NCBI GenBank assembly: GCA_965153285.1
Contig: OZ229112.1
DNA: 64,000 nt
Source of the DNA: Podarcis tiliguerta
Taxonomy: Eukaryota
Direction: 5' to 3' (one strand)
Part shown: piece by piece, positions 35,501 to 49,699 of the stretch
Layout: each line of letters starts with the position of its first letter
Numbering within the stretch: position 1 is the first letter of the stretch
The notes under the pieces: generated by a model
Databases searched by the model: none
The model's input: only the letters and a program-made list of their open reading frames with translations
Told to the model about the DNA's origin: nothing
Program-made: the position numbers and the translations under genes

Positions 35501-38500
35501 CTCTTCAACTTACCAGTCTAGAGGCTGCCTCTTGATGGAAATGAATGGAAAATAAGTGGGAGCACCATTCTGATTAGGGGCACACAAACTTTTAAAATGG
35601 AAGCTAAACAGGCATGCCTTGCAATAGGTGGGTAAAAGCTACCTTTGCATTGGCAGGTGTAGGAAAAGGCAGAGGCAGCTGGTAGGAGATCAAACCATGT
35701 CAAATAACTTCCTCTGGCCTACTGAGCAATCAATTCTCCTTACCAGTCTAACTACTTTCCCTTTTCTTATGAATCCCTCCTCAGGCTAAGTGGTGATTCG
35801 CTGGAGAGCTGTCACTAACTATTGTTTCCCAGTAAGCGTACTTGAGTGAAACATGTCTGCAAATACATCTTTGCTGCAATCACATAGCATATTCTTAGGT
35901 GGATACTTAAAAACATCTTAGGCGCAGATCTAAAAATGCAGAATGTGAAACAGTCCTAAGGATTTCTTGAAGGTTAAAATATTTTGACTAGTTTCATTAG
36001 GCCGTTGAATGAATCCTAATAGCTATTAGAACTCATCACCATCATTATCATTATTCAAGATACCGGTATTTTGTACCCATCTTTCTCCACAAGGTCCCAG
36101 AGTGGGATACAACCATATAATCAAATGATAAATTTAAGAAAACAATTCAGGGGAAACCAATGAATGTATATCCAAAAATAGAAGTAGTGCTGACAATATG
36201 ATATTCCTCAACCTCTCTTTAAATTCAAGTCAGACCCACTTCTTGGATAATTTTGCTGTCCTGTTAGATTTATTTTAGGCAGGTTAGCTTACCAGACAAA
36301 CAGGCAGTGCTCCTTCTGTACTCCCATTTGGGTCTCTGGGTTGCATTAAGACCATTTTTATCTTTAGAGAACAGTTTCCAATTAAATGAAAGAATGGGCA
36401 GATAGGAATCTAATTATTGAATGGGGTAGATTCACTTTTACCCAGGTAAAATGTTTGCTATGGCTACTTTGCTTTTTTCCGATGCAATCAAATGAAACTC
36501 ATATAAGTAAGAGTTTGCATAATGCCAATGAAAAATTATAACCCCGTTATATGAGTTTGTTTTTAAAAACAAAAACACCTTCTATTTTAGGATCTGCACC
36601 AAATGGCCCTTTTTCTGATCAACTAAATCTGCAAAATCTGATCCTGAGAATTTAACAGTCATCACAGAAGCCCTATCTGCATTGAAGAAGTGACTGCACA
36701 ATTTATTGTACTGCTAAATAATTGATGTGGCCCTCAGGTCCTTCATAAACCACTCCGCTGCGTATAATACTACTGGACATAATAGATATCCGAGGAGCCT
36801 TGAGGCTACCAAGCACCTGGCTATCATTATCCTCTGTCCAAAGATACTCTATATATTTTCCACTATTATCTGCTCCCTGCAGTGGGGTGCTCCGTTTTAG
36901 CATGGGAAGAACTTGTCAAATAAAAAAAGATGGACTCCCAGGGAACCCAGGGTCTTTGGCTTGTAACTGTAACTTTCCCCCTACTCCTTATCCATCTGTA
37001 GTGGTTCTTGCTAGCTTTTTCCTGCGCCTTCTCTCAAAATTTTAGTATATACAAAACAGCGCTAAATGCTGCTTGATTAAAAAAGAAACACAACTCAAAA
37101 TATTTTCTTCAATGTCTCTTAACAGTGCGATCCTATACATGTCATCTTGTTTAATGGGCCTTATTCCCAGGTATGTTTCTGAACCCATACATTTTGCAAT
37201 GGACACTTTTGCTACAGTTTTTAGAAAGCTATTGTGGAAACCATGTCATTTGAGTAAAATCAGGGGAGTCAAGGAATGGAATTTGTAGATAACATTAAGA
37301 ACCTCCAATCTTTATTTAATCACGGCATTGGATGATCCAGCCTGGTCAGTTTAGAGCACTGGTCTTCAACTGCTGGGTCACGGTGGGTTGCAACAGGCAC
37401 ACTACCACCATACAAATATATGGTAAAAAAACTAAGAAATGGGTCCTCAAATGCATGTCTGGCTTAAAAGTGGGTCCTGAGTCTCAAAAGTTTGAAGATA
37501 CCTGGTCTAGATGCACCAGTTCTTTGAGGGAGCTATTTCAAGACTTTGTTTCAACCTTAAACAACAGGTTTTCAGTTACTCAAGGAAGTACTGAACAATT
37601 TTGGGCTGCTTAAAATTACATGAGCCATTTTGACTCAGGTATTACAAACAAAAAGGAAGGACATAGAACAACTTGGGTCTCAAAGGTCAAACATGGAAAA
37701 TTACTGCCCTACCAGTGAACGTTGCAGAAAATGCGCAAGCAAGTGAGCACAGGATCTTTGGAATGAGCAATTCTCCAAGGGTTACGTTACACCCTGGACT
37801 CTCTGGTAATAAGTGTAGAAAGCACAAAATGAACTACAAAGACTTCTGTTTTAGCCTTAAGGCTAGAGAAACAGTCAGAGAGTTGCCCCATAGCAGCTCA
37901 GATTATAAATGGGGGAACATTCTGTCCTCCTTTACGAAGTCTCAAAGAAATTCTCAGCTCAAGGAAGGGCAAATTCAGCTCCCAACAAAAACCTGCTTAA
38001 GTCGAGGCCATGTATTAGAGAACTAGCTTTTATAGAAGGTCCTGAATAATAATCTTAACTACTTCAGTAATAATCAGACGCATGATAACTAATATATGAA
38101 GCAAAAAGTTTGCTAGCGAGGCCAAAGTCAGGATGAGCAAACCATGCTCTTAGACAGGAAAGGTAAATCTCCCCCAGATATAGACATAACAACAGTTCCC
38201 CCTTCCATGCTCTGTTCTGCTATTTTTCCATTCCATGCAGGAGGTCTCAGGTCCAATTTGGAAGTGGTCACAGGTGATGTCATTTTAGTTTTCTTTTAGG
38301 GCCACAGAGATGGTTCTTCTCTATAGTAGCTCACCATTTGTAGCATGCTGTCAGTGGAGGGTGTGTGTGCCGTGTCCTGTTTGTGTAGTGGTGGTTACAC
38401 GTGTCCTTCTTCTGATAGGAAATGCTCTATAGGCGGGGGGGGGGGGTGGACAAAAAAGGGGGGGTTGAGGCAGGTCAGTTTCAGGGGAGTAGGAAATGTC

Positions 38501-39324
38501 CCTATTTTCATCTGAGGAATGTTGGAGGCTATGAGTAATAACAGTTACGGTTCCTTAGAATACATATCATCAAGAAAACCTTGGACTACTATAATGATCT
38601 GTCTCCTCAACTACACTGGAAAACAGCTTTAAGTTCAGCAACTTAAATCAAGTGTCCATATTTTCACATGCGGTATTTTAACACCCAACATTTTTTGAAC
38701 AGGCTATAAATAAATGATGGCATCATTGAAATGTTTTGGTTCTACCAAATGTCTGAAAGCTCTGAGTGCAACCTTGAATTTGTGAGGGGTTTACAATAGC
38801 AGCTGCTCTGCCCTTGTGAAAAATTAGCTGCTTTAGTTAGGTGCCTTAAAGAGAGAAGAGGGTTCCCCCCCCCTAACAATGGTTAGAAATGTTCAGTGTG
38901 CAAACTCCCCACCCTTAACCCACTTGCTAAAAATGTGTAGAACCACCTCTTTATATCAATGAATTAGCAATCAGTCAGACTTGAGCAAAAATTATTTGAT
39001 TCCTGCTTAATATGTTAAGCACATTCACATGCCAGCTTTGAAGGTCTCTTTGTTGAAGATCTTACAGAGTTGCATATTTGACAAATCACAGAAAGCCCTG
39101 TTAGAATGGCCCTATTCAGGCATTCATAATAGGGCTTAAATAAATGCAGAAGTGTTCTAGCTCTGCCCTGCCACCTTCTGAATCCTCAAAGGCAATTCTG
39201 GGTGGAGAAGCCACCTGTACCTATGGAAGCTCGCGTGCATTTTTGAAACCCTGGAAGATCATGGTTCCGAAATCTATGGAACCTTTCCCAGGTACAATAG
39301 GCATTCCTCTGGGGCCTAAAGATC

Positions 39325-39466
39325 CATTGGAATGGTCTCCCTTGGGAGGTTTTAAAGCAGAGGTTGGATGGCCATCTGTCATGGATGCTTTAGCTGAGAT
39401 TCCTGCATTGCAGGGGGTTGGACTAGATGACCCTTCGAGTCCCTTCCAACTCTACAATTCTATGAT
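39325..39466 (+). mobile_element. CR1 3' end
   Basis: ggaggttttaaagcagaggttggatggccatctgtc...ggactagatgacccttcgagtcccttccaactctacaattctatgat. Confidence 0.85.
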
Positions 39467-41931
39467 GGCCCAGCCCAGGTTATAGTCCCATTACCATGAG
39501 GGAGAAAACGATGCTAATCATACTTGGAGAAATTTGCTCAGGAGGGGTATTAGAGCAGAGCAAGCAGATTTCTGAACAGTGAGTTGCTGGTCCAAGTCCT
39601 GCCCACATTATGCATACATTAGAGAGAGAAAATACACAAAAATGCATTACTGTAGGTGAAAATGCTTGTGAAAATTAGGCAAGAGTAGGTGCCAAAATGT
39701 GTTTTCCAGAGACATTTGCACTAAAGTTCTAATGAATGTTCATCTGGAAGCGCCATGTTTCTGATGCAGATTTTGCTGGCGCCATCACTGACATCTGATA
39801 ATTTTTATTTTTATTTGCTGTTCTTCTACTTACTGCATAAGGATAAAAAAGAGTTTATGGCAGGGAGATTTTGTGTGTGCGCACATGTGAAGCTTTACTT
39901 GCTGAGCTACTGAAGGCACAGAAAGAAGTGAAGCTTCACTTGTCAATATTGTTGAACATACTGTAGCATTCCAAGCTTCAGACACTGTTCCCTGTTCCTC
40001 GACTGCCTCATTTTAAAAACTGGCTACTCATTGCTCCTCTCCTGCTTGTGGGTTGTTGTTTTTCCCAAGAAACATTTTCCAGAAGAGCTCCTTTTGTTTT
40101 TCCCCTTCCACACCATTGTTAATCTTGCCATACTGCTTAAGGCAACCTATATTATATATTGTACAATTTAAAAAACATATTTGAGGATAATTTCAGCAGT
40201 GTTGGCTATTAGTGACCTCTTGAATGTCCAAAGAGCACCTAGAGGAATGTGCTGAGTTACTATGTTTTCCTACTACAATATATTCTTGTGGCATTTCTTC
40301 TAATGGTATAATCCAGACTCGTTTCATTTGGGACTTTAAGCATGCTAGACAATAGGTTTTCAGCGGAGTGTTGCCTGAATCACAGGATTCAGCTGCATAG
40401 GATTGCAGCAAAACTCCCCAAAACTTCCCACACCTGCAACAACCACCAAAAAAGGCTGGTCTATACCCACATTCCCAGACAGATCCTTCTTTCTGTGTTG
40501 TGGACTATGCATTTGTTGTTGGGAGATACTCATTCGTGAGCACTTGGATAGGGACAAGGTTGGATGACCAATATAAGTTACTGGGTGAGATACTGAGGGG
40601 CCCAATAACCCAATGCTGGTGTCCAGGGTTTGATCTAGACTGTAGCAATTTGTCACACAGTTCATGAAAATAAATCCCAGGCATAAACTCTGATTAAAAC
40701 CCTGGAATCTGGTTCATCTGTGCTATATGAAAACCTAGATGTAGGCTGGGAGGGATGGCAAAAGAGGCATATGCTGTACTGACAAACATATCTTTGTAAC
40801 ATCTTGTCTAGGAGTCTTACTGTTACCAATATGGCAGGATACAAGTTGATTCACTTTCTGCCTAAACTGTCAACTAGTCAAGTGTATGGGTGTATTGGAA
40901 GCCTAACTAACTGGCTTCTTATATATGTAAGATCTTCAGAGCAGGGACCTATGTTCTTGCATTCTATAAAGCACCAGGAACAGAGATACAGTGATAGTAC
41001 TTATTTAATTTGCAGGTATTTCAACAGCAAGCTTTTCGTTTAGGAATTCTGAATGTCAGACAATTTTGCCTTCACTGTATCTCGCTAGGCAATGTCATTG
41101 CAACCAGGCAATCTAATGATAAGCCAAGGTTTGTGCAATCAGTAAAGGAAAACTTTCCCTTTATAATATGGAAAAGAGCCTGCAAGCACAGATTTGATGA
41201 AACAAATACTCTGAAATGGAAAGTAACAAGTCTGTCCCTGTTCCCCGGATCAGTCTTGTTGTGTTGCAACCTAGTTTATGATTGATTTGACAGCACCCAG
41301 CAGTGCAACGGACAGGCTCTAATGGGAACACTTACAGGTTTGGGAGAGCCTACAGAGATGTGGAAGTATTAAGCATTTCTTTCTATTTAGTCTGGGGGAG
41401 ATTTGTTTTTCATCTCATTTGGAACCTATAACCAGCTGGGATTAAAAGATGTCTGGTTCCTTAGGACTTCACATGTGATGCAGAATCTCCCTCTAGGGTG
41501 AAAAGAAAAAGCTATACGAGGGCTTTTCTCTCAGCTGTTTTAATTCTCTTCAAGCTCCCACTCAACATACGAGCTCTTAGCTCAAAGGACTGAGTTTGTT
41601 TTTTTAAAAAAAGAAATATATAATTGGAATTTATTTCTCTTAGTTTTAAAGGCAAAACAGTCAAAATATTTTAGAACAGGAAAAATGAAAGATAAATTTA
41701 TACGTACTGAACTTATTATCAACCAAATGATAAACAGAGACCATTTAGATGTGCAGTGATTATAGCTTCAGAATATCTCCTAGATTTTGCTATAGGTGCA
41801 GATCCCATTAGGTATTCCTCAATTACATTTTGGAGAAATAAAAAGCTCACATACATGCTCTATCTAACAGTATATAGGAGTTCTGTGATGAATGGCATCC
41901 TCCAGTGTTTCCTCTCTCCAATCCTCATTTC

Positions 41932-42697
41932 TCTCCCCCCCCCCCCATAAAAGTTTTATTTAATGTTTATAGGAACACAGTTCCTAATTTACTTTTGGCT
42001 TGACTCAGATTTAGATGTGGAGGCTCTCAGTGAAGAAAGTCTATGCCTCTTAGCTATTTGCTCTTGCCGTTTTTCCTTTGCCTCCTTCATTCTTTTAGCC
42101 AGAAGCTTGTTCTTTTGGGTACACTGCTTCTTTAGAGCAATACTCCTGCTTTAGGACATACGCCTGCTCTGTTGTAGGACCCTGGGAGTTACCAAGCACT
42201 GAATCTTGGGTGCTTTGGTCCTGGGCTTCTTGCCTTCCTTGTTCAATGGTTTTCTCACAACATACTGATGGACGTCATCTTCTTTGGAGAGATTGGACGG
42301 CTTTTGGATTTTGCTAGCCCTCTTGGAACCAAGCCGGCAAGGCACAGTGGTGTCAGTCAGTCCAGAAATATCTTCCTCACCTTTCTTTACAATGACCAAA
42401 TTCAAGATGCTTAAATTGGCATCAACAATGCAACCCCAAACAGATTTGCGTTTCCTTTCTCCAGTTCTTCTAGGGGAAGCTTTGTTTGTTATTGCCTCCA
42501 CTGATTGCGGACAACATATCCCTTCCACTCCTCGCCAAGAGCATCCAGAGACTTCTGTGGTCATGCACTTCTTGCAGAAGGTGCGCAGCTTGCGCTCATC
42601 GTCTACTTTGATTAGTTTCTGGCAGCCGGAGCCGGGAAGAAGATGTTCAGTTTCATGGCGCCGGAACAGCTCACCTCGGATCTGCCGCGGGAAAGAA
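41932..42697 (-). pseudogene. RPS6: Processed pseudogene of 40S ribosomal protein S6 (eS6)
   Basis: Intronless MKLNI...[16 protein letters not shown]...[20 protein letters not shown]...[16 protein letters not shown] (ATG 42656, stop 41989), with frameshifts, a stop and deletions. Has a 5' TOP tract (TTCTTTCCC), AATAAA at ~41955-41960, and a 16-bp TSD ctccaatcctcatttc (41916-41931 and 42698-42713). Confidence 0.95.
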
Positions 42698-44975
42698 CTC
42701 CAATCCTCATTTCAAAGTTAATTCATTCAATAGGAGAACCAATAAAACACCTTTCAAACTTTCTGCTTGAACTTGGGTATCTATAGAAAGAACCTCAAAG
42801 GCTGTTATCTGACACTTACTTATCTAGGAGTAAAACCCATTAACTTAAATTGGACTGCCTTCTACATAAACATTTGTAGGACTGAGCTGCATTTCTGAAA
42901 CTGCTGCATGGAACTATAGGGGCCCAACCTCCATCCAAGCAAAGGCTAAGGAAGAGACAGATATGCAAGCATTCCTGCAAATAAGACTCATTCAGCTCAA
43001 TGGGATTTACCTATAATATAAAAAGATCCCTAGTGGATCAGACTAGTGATCTGATCAACCATCCTGTTTCCCACAGAGGCCGTCCAGATGCCTCCAATTG
43101 TATGGAACAGCTGCACTGGATTTTGCTGGAAAAGACATGCCCTGAAGAGTTGCATGTTTCTAGTCTCTAGGAACTCTTTCCAGATTAACATTACTAAGGA
43201 AGGCCTAAGCATCTTTCACATAAATACTCTTTTCTGCAAATGGTCCTTAGGATGTTCATGTGATATTTCTCCATCCAGAAAGAAAGTACCTTTCCAGCAA
43301 CCTATCCACCATTTATCCCCCTGAAAATTCACAGAAGAACCTGAAGGTTCCTTGTGACACATGAAAACCACAGCTATGGTGAAATCCATGCATTCCTTGG
43401 CTCTTCATCATTTCTCAGGCAGTAAACATCCCAGGCAGTGGTGCCACTGAGGTGGGACTCTGGGGGCAGAAGCAGTGGACACTGGTCCATTAGAACAAAT
43501 GGGGTGCTTGCCCACCAAGCTCTGGGGGGCAGCAGCCTGTGCAAGGCCAAGATTTGGCACCCACCCACCTGCCTCTCACCTTCTGTTCTGCTCAATTCAC
43601 TATATCATAGCTGTGGCACCTCCTAGTCTTTTTGCCCAGTGTGGCAGAACTGGGCACAATGCCCTAAATCCACCTCTGCAAGCTCTTACCTCAGGAAGGA
43701 CCCACCTGCCTGTTTCCTTACTTGCATCCAGTCCATAGGGTGGCCCTGGCAGTAAGCCTTAGTCTCAGTGCTGCCTTTGTAGAATATAACATAGAGGACC
43801 ATAGAGACAGAACCAGAATCAGTTGGTGTTGCCCATCATTGACTCTGGTTACACCTGCTGTTGTTCTTCCTGCCTTCTGCCCTATCAATCCCAGTGGAAA
43901 CCATCTTCTACTGGGCAGAAATCTGGGGTCCCACTCAACTGAATTAACAGAAGCAATTCCAAAAATGAGCAAGGCAAAGCCCGCTTACTACAAATTTGAA
44001 GTGAATGAAGCCATTTGAACCCATTAAAATCTGAGACCATTAGGTCCAGAGTCTACAATTACCCAAGTGCACCATCGATCGCAGAGGAGACAAGGAGCAA
44101 GAGGGAATGTCTAGGTTCACCATCCACATGGGTATGGCTAATCATGCACTTTTAAGTTATAACTTGAATGGAAAAGGCAATTGGAATAGTTCAAAACAAG
44201 AAGCAATAAAATAGTTTTCACACTGACTGCTTGAACTGTGGAATCTTGACTGTGGAAAAAGGTACATGCTTCATTGTTCTGAAGTGCAGAAACCAGAAAT
44301 GTGACAAGATCAGGAGTTCATGTGCTAACCCAACATAACTTGGCATTTCCTTGGCGCTGTCAGATAAAGAATCAGTGTTTCACGAACCACAGCTGCTTGC
44401 ATGTTCCTGATATATTGGGGTTGGTTTTCAGTCACTCCATTCAAGTGAAACCTTTCCGGACAGCATTCAAGTTTCTCAGCACAGCACAGCAAAGATCTTT
44501 GTAAAATGTTAACCATCTCGACCACAAAGAAAAGATCCTGTGTTGTGGTTTTGTTTGTGTGCTTTTTAATGCTAGCTCTGAGGCCTCCCCCCCCCCCCCG
44601 CCCCAAGTCTAACACACACATGTAGAATAACAAGCTTATCTCCTGGTAAATTATCAAACCCCAGACCGTAAATCTAGCCCGCTGATTTCTAGATGAGCTC
44701 CCAAATGTGAACTAACTAGCAAAACATTTTGCTATTATCTTTTACTAACTTCGACTAGCCGGTTTCTGTGCCAACATCCTGACAAACAGAAATTTAGCCG
44801 ATGATCTTTTATTGACATGTGATGTGGGAAATTTCACCAGTTAAATGTCTTTCTGTTGGGTTGTTGCTAAAGATCTAAGGGAAGGGACTACAAAATTATG
44901 TGAGCTAAAGCTGAAATGAGAGATACTGAACATTGTGTCCAATTGGAAACTACCCCCTCTCAGCTAAAAAAAACC

Positions 44976-45186
44976 CCAGTGTGGTGTAAGTGGTTAGAGT
45001 GCTGAAGAGACCTGGGTTCAATTCACACTCAGCCACAAAGCTCATTGGGTGACCTTGGGCCAGTTGCTCACTCTCAGCCTCCCCCTACCTCACAGGGTGG
45101 TTGTTAGGATAAAATGGAGAGGAGGAGAACTATGTATGCCACCTTGAGCTCCTTGGAGGAAAAGTGGGATAGAAATGTAATCAATA
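44976..45186 (+). mobile_element. CORE/MIR-like tRNA-derived SINE with L2-type tail (related copies at ~53535-53730 (-), ~54975-55125 (+), ~58855-59355 (+))
   Basis: tggtgtaagtggttagag, gggttcaattc, gtgaccttgggccagt, ctacctcacagggtggttgttaggataaaat, gccaccttgagctccttgg. Confidence 0.8.
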
Positions 45187-45667
45187 ACTACATAGATAAA
45201 TAGAAGCAGTGTGTGTTAACTCAGTGCTCAAGGAACTGTATTCTGTGCATGCTTTGATGCAATCTTTAGGAAATGCTTCTTTAACAACTGAGCCCTTATA
45301 CCAACACCAACCTACTGGATTCAGTCCTGATTCAAAATTCAACCCAAAAACTGTTATGACTGTGCGGCTTTCATTCCTTTCTATCTGCGCAGATGAGCTC
45401 AGAGTGGGTGACAATTCTGATCCACACCATGACAGGGCAACGGGTTAAAGACACCCCTCCCTCCAAATTCTGTGCCGCCATTCCAACCTATGGTGGCTAA
45501 TTATTATTATTAAATTAAGCACGCTGGGGCAAACAAGTTTGGTTCCATGAGTAACCTTTGATCACGGGAATTGCAGCTGCTGGGGAGCTGTGCTTCCTGG
45601 GCCCCTTTCCAAAGAACCATAAAACAGCCAAGTGTCCCCCCCCCCAAAAAAAAGAACCATAAAACAA

Positions 45668-46024
45668 CCATATCTGCACCATACATTTAAAGCACTATGA
45701 TAGCACTCTTAACAGTCATGGCTTCCCTCAGGAATCCTGGGAACTGTAGTTTGTTGAGGGTGCTGGCAGTTATTAGGAAACCCCCTATGCCCCTCACAGA
45801 GCTACAATTCCCAGAATGACTTATCAGGCCATCTTCCCAGATGACTCTGGGAATTGTAGCTCTAGGAGTCCCTGAAGAACTTTCAGCACCCTTAATAAAC
45901 TAGTGTCCCTGGGTTTCTTCGGGAGGGACGAGCTATGGCAAAGCCTCTGCCTGGTTGGTGCCTGCTGGTGTATATAAAAGGAACAGGTATAATACTGCTT
46001 TAAATGTATGGTGTGGATGTGGCC
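45668..46024. mobile_element. Palindromic non-autonomous DNA transposon (MITE)
   Basis: Long inverted termini: caccatacatttaaagca...tgctttaaatgtatggtg. Internal inverted pairs agagctacaattcccaga / tctgggaattgtagctct. Confidence 0.8.
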
Positions 46025-46303
46025 TGCCTCACTATTGCCTCATAGTGAAAGGGATATGGATAGCCTTGCACCCAGAGATAGCCTCATTGCAAAGGAGGGG
46101 ATTCCATATCCTAATACTGACAGTTTCACAGACCACTGGCAGAGATAAGGCAAATAAAAGAGAAAAAGTTAAAAGAGAAAATGGAAAAAGAAAAGAAAAG
46201 GGAAGTTCTAAGTGGCTGGCATTTTCAACTCCACAAAATAGGTACTTGCAGTCCTATTGCAGGAATGGGGAGCATGGGGCACCCAAATTTTGTTGGACTA
46301 CAC

Positions 46304-46444
46304 CTCAGTTGGTTAGAGCATGGTGCTGATAATGCCAAGGTTGCAGGTTCCATCCCCGTTTGGGACAGCTGCATATTCCTGCATTGCAGGGGGTTGGACT
46401 AGATGATCCTCAGCATCCCTTCCAACTCTAGTTCTTTGATTCTG
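46304..46444 (+). mobile_element. tRNA(Ile)-derived SINE with CR1 tail, nested in a hAT-type MITE
   Basis: ctcagttggttagagcatggtgctgataatgccaaggttgcaggttccatcccc resembles tRNA-Ile. Tail: gcagggggttggactagatgatcc...ttccaactctagttctttgattct. Confidence 0.85.
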
Positions 46445-48350
46445 TTATCCCTGACCACAAGCTATGGAGGCTGCAATCTGTTTGGAGGGTCACAAATTCC
46501 CTACATAGCCCTTGCAGAACCACAAACATGGACCAGTGTTTTCAACAATAATCTAGATTGCTTTAGGCAGGGCTGAGTAGGGGGAGGGGGCAGAGGAAAA
46601 ACTGTACTTCCTTAGTAAATCAACTCTATAGTTTGGATGCTGTGGGAACAGGATTTCCTACAAAGGGAGGCAATGATTTGGAGAATATTATCTGGATTCC
46701 TCACAACAAATGACAAGGCATTTCCTGAGCCCAATCTATATATACATATATGAGTAGATTTGACAGTATAAAATGCTGGACTGCCTCTCTTTGTGCAAAC
46801 TTCCTGTACGTATCACTGCAGAATCTACATGCCTGCAGACTCAGGGTGCCAATCAAATTTGACAACAAACTATCACTTACAAAATAGATATCCAACTGTG
46901 ACAGGAACACTTCCCTCACAGTGTCAGTAGTAAAGCAACACTTAAATGCTAGTGCTAACATACTTTGTGAAAACAATTTTTGAGCAATATGGGCTCATAC
47001 TCTCTAATTGCTTTTTGTATTTGCTTTCATTTAAAGATAATGTGCAGCTCAGTAAGAACTAGCGTGTCTCCCTTCTTCTGAAACGATTCACTCTGCATGG
47101 TGCAGAGGTCAAGTCTTGCATATTCTCATTCACTGGTTCAGAGCTATGGCAAAACCATTTTGATGAACTCTGACCATGTTTTGATTGGTCCCATAAGAAG
47201 TTGCCTTATATAAAGCCTTCATACTGAGTATGGTCACCTACAGGTCACCATTTATGACAAACTAATAGTCTTAGCTCGTGCAAAATGGTAGAATGCATGC
47301 TAGGTAACATCTAACAGCAGTGAACAGGTCAATATAGAGAAATCAGGGCTGTTGATGTAGAAATGTGGCCCATGCAGTGCAATCAAAGCTACTTTACCCA
47401 GAATTAAGTCCTACTTCCTAAAATGTGCTTACAGAATTGCAACATTAATGTGAAATCTAAGCATGGTTATTCAGAACAGGACTGACCTCCATGTGGTATG
47501 CATAAGATTGCACCCTTTATCTACTCCTTGATTCATTGATGCTAGGGTAAGTCCCATTTGGACTTATGTTGCACAGATGAAATTTATTTTTTGTAAAATC
47601 TGGTTTTATAACTGTTGTAAAACAGATAGTTGAAAGCCAGAAAACACTTGTGCTGTTGGTTCCACTTGCAAGAAGGGTAGAGTCCAATTATGCTATTTAT
47701 CATGTCTACAGCATCTTTCAGTGTATAGACTGGGATTTTTTTATTCCATTTACTTTCACAATCCTGAGACACAGGTTAAGCTGAGAGAGCAATTTCTTCA
47801 AGGCCACTCAGCCAACAAGCTTCATGGATGAGTGGGGATTTATTTTTCAACTTAATTTAGCAGCATTTGTGTCCAACAATGTTCCTTTCCTTTAACCCTG
47901 CCTGTCAGTTAAGAGCCCTTGAAGTATTGGCAAGAGTCATGGGCTTCACTCCTATGAACACAGTTGGCCTTAGTTTTGAGTAAACATGCATAGTATCAAG
48001 GCTGCAATTCTATGCATACACTTATGGAGTCTTACTGAACACAGTGTAACTTTTATTTGAGTAAACATGGATAGGATGTGGCTGCATTCTTCAACTAGTT
48101 TTCTAAGGGACAAGTCTCGGTGAACTCACTAGAACTTACTTCTGGGAAATAACGCATAGGATCAGGCAATACTATAGTGACCATCACCTTAAGAATATTT
48201 TTGTTGTTGTTGGCATCCATCTGTTTTGAGAGACAATGGAGTGCGCCGGGGGGGGGGGAGGCAAACTGCTGGAGAATACAGCACCTGTGGCTGGGCTGCA
48301 GAGACCAGTCATTCAAAACTGCTGCCTGCCACATTGTTTTTGCTGTGTTA

Positions 48351-48652
48351 AAGGTAAAGGGACCCCTGACCGTTAGGTCCAGTCACAGACGACTCTGGGG
48401 TTGTGGCACTAATCTTGCTTTATTGGCCGAGGGAGCCGGCGTATAGCTTCCTGGTTATGTGGCCAGCATGACTAAGCTGCTTCTGACAAACCAGAGCAGC
48501 GCACGGAAATGCCATTTACCTTCCCGTCCGAGTGGTACCTGTTTATCTACTTGCACTTGGAGCAGGGACCAAGCAACAGGAGCTCATCCCATCACGGGGA
48601 TTTGAACCGCCGACCTTCTGATCGGCAAGCCCTAGGCTCTGTGGTTTAACAC
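48351..48652 (-). mobile_element. Sauria SINE (slightly 5'-truncated)
   Basis: (ACCTTT) tail (aaaggtaaagg), characteristic body, TSD ttttgctgtgtta at 48338-48350 and 48653-48665. Confidence 0.9.
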
Positions 48653-49699
48653 TTTTGCTGTGTTAGCAGCACCGAAATGACCTCTCTCTGGAGCGCAAGA
48701 CTGGGCAGTGTGTTATGAGATCCTGAGCTGCCCAGACCCCCCTCTTGGCCTTACTTGGTCCAGAGGAAAGCAGAGCAATACATTTGGCACCATCTGGGCT
48801 GCCAGAGTTGCTGGAAAGGGGTATACAAGGTGCCATGGGTGTAGCCAGGATTTATGTTGGGGAGATGCTTTCTGTTGGGTGGCAGAAGCTCAGTTAAGTA
48901 TTTTTATTGATTTACTTGATTTAGGGAGGGCAGCTGCCCCCCCCCGGCTATGCCCATGCAAGGTGCCATCCAACCGTCTTAGGGACTCCAGTCCGGATTT
49001 CTGCAGAGTTTACTCCTTAGTCTTTTCTTCTCCCAAAGATGTCCCACAAAGCCACAGGTGCGGATTTTTCTTCGGGGTTTACTCCTGAAGCATTTCTCAT
49101 AGCTGCAAGCCAGTGGAGATTCAGGATTAGAGTTTTCATTCTCCTATATTACTACTATTATTATTAGATGGGTCACCTTCCCAGGTTGAACTTCCCTCTA
49201 CAGCATGTCTAGTAACCACCTTCTTGACCATTTGATGGTCTATTGGTTTCACCCACTCACTAGGAAACACATGAAGCATGGGTAGATCCTTCAGGACCAT
49301 GTATTTAGCCTCTTAAAACTGACTAGATACCCCAGCCCGGAGGCTAATGTTGAAAACAAAACAAAACAGCTTTTTATGGCAGCTGCTTTAAACAGCTGGA
49401 TGAGCCAAGCAGCAATCCAACAGGTGTAGTTTAGGTTAACTAGAAATGAAGAGATGGTTAAACTTCACCTGCTGACTTGTCATGCAGCTGCTAAAGCTAT
49501 ATAGAGCTTTGGGGGGGGGGGGACGGAGAGGGGAAGAGAGAGAAGGCAGCCTAGCAGCCAAAATCTTTGTGACCTGTGCTTGGTACCATCTCAAGATGTT
49601 GCACACAGCTTACAATTTATTTAACCCATTATCCCAAGAGTGCTTCTAGTAGGGAAGGCAAGCTGTATACAGCTGCAATTCTGGGCACACTTACTTAGG

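Noticed and set aside
41989-42656. Functional RPS6 gene
   Set aside because: Intronless, with frameshifts, a premature stop, deletions and TSDs.
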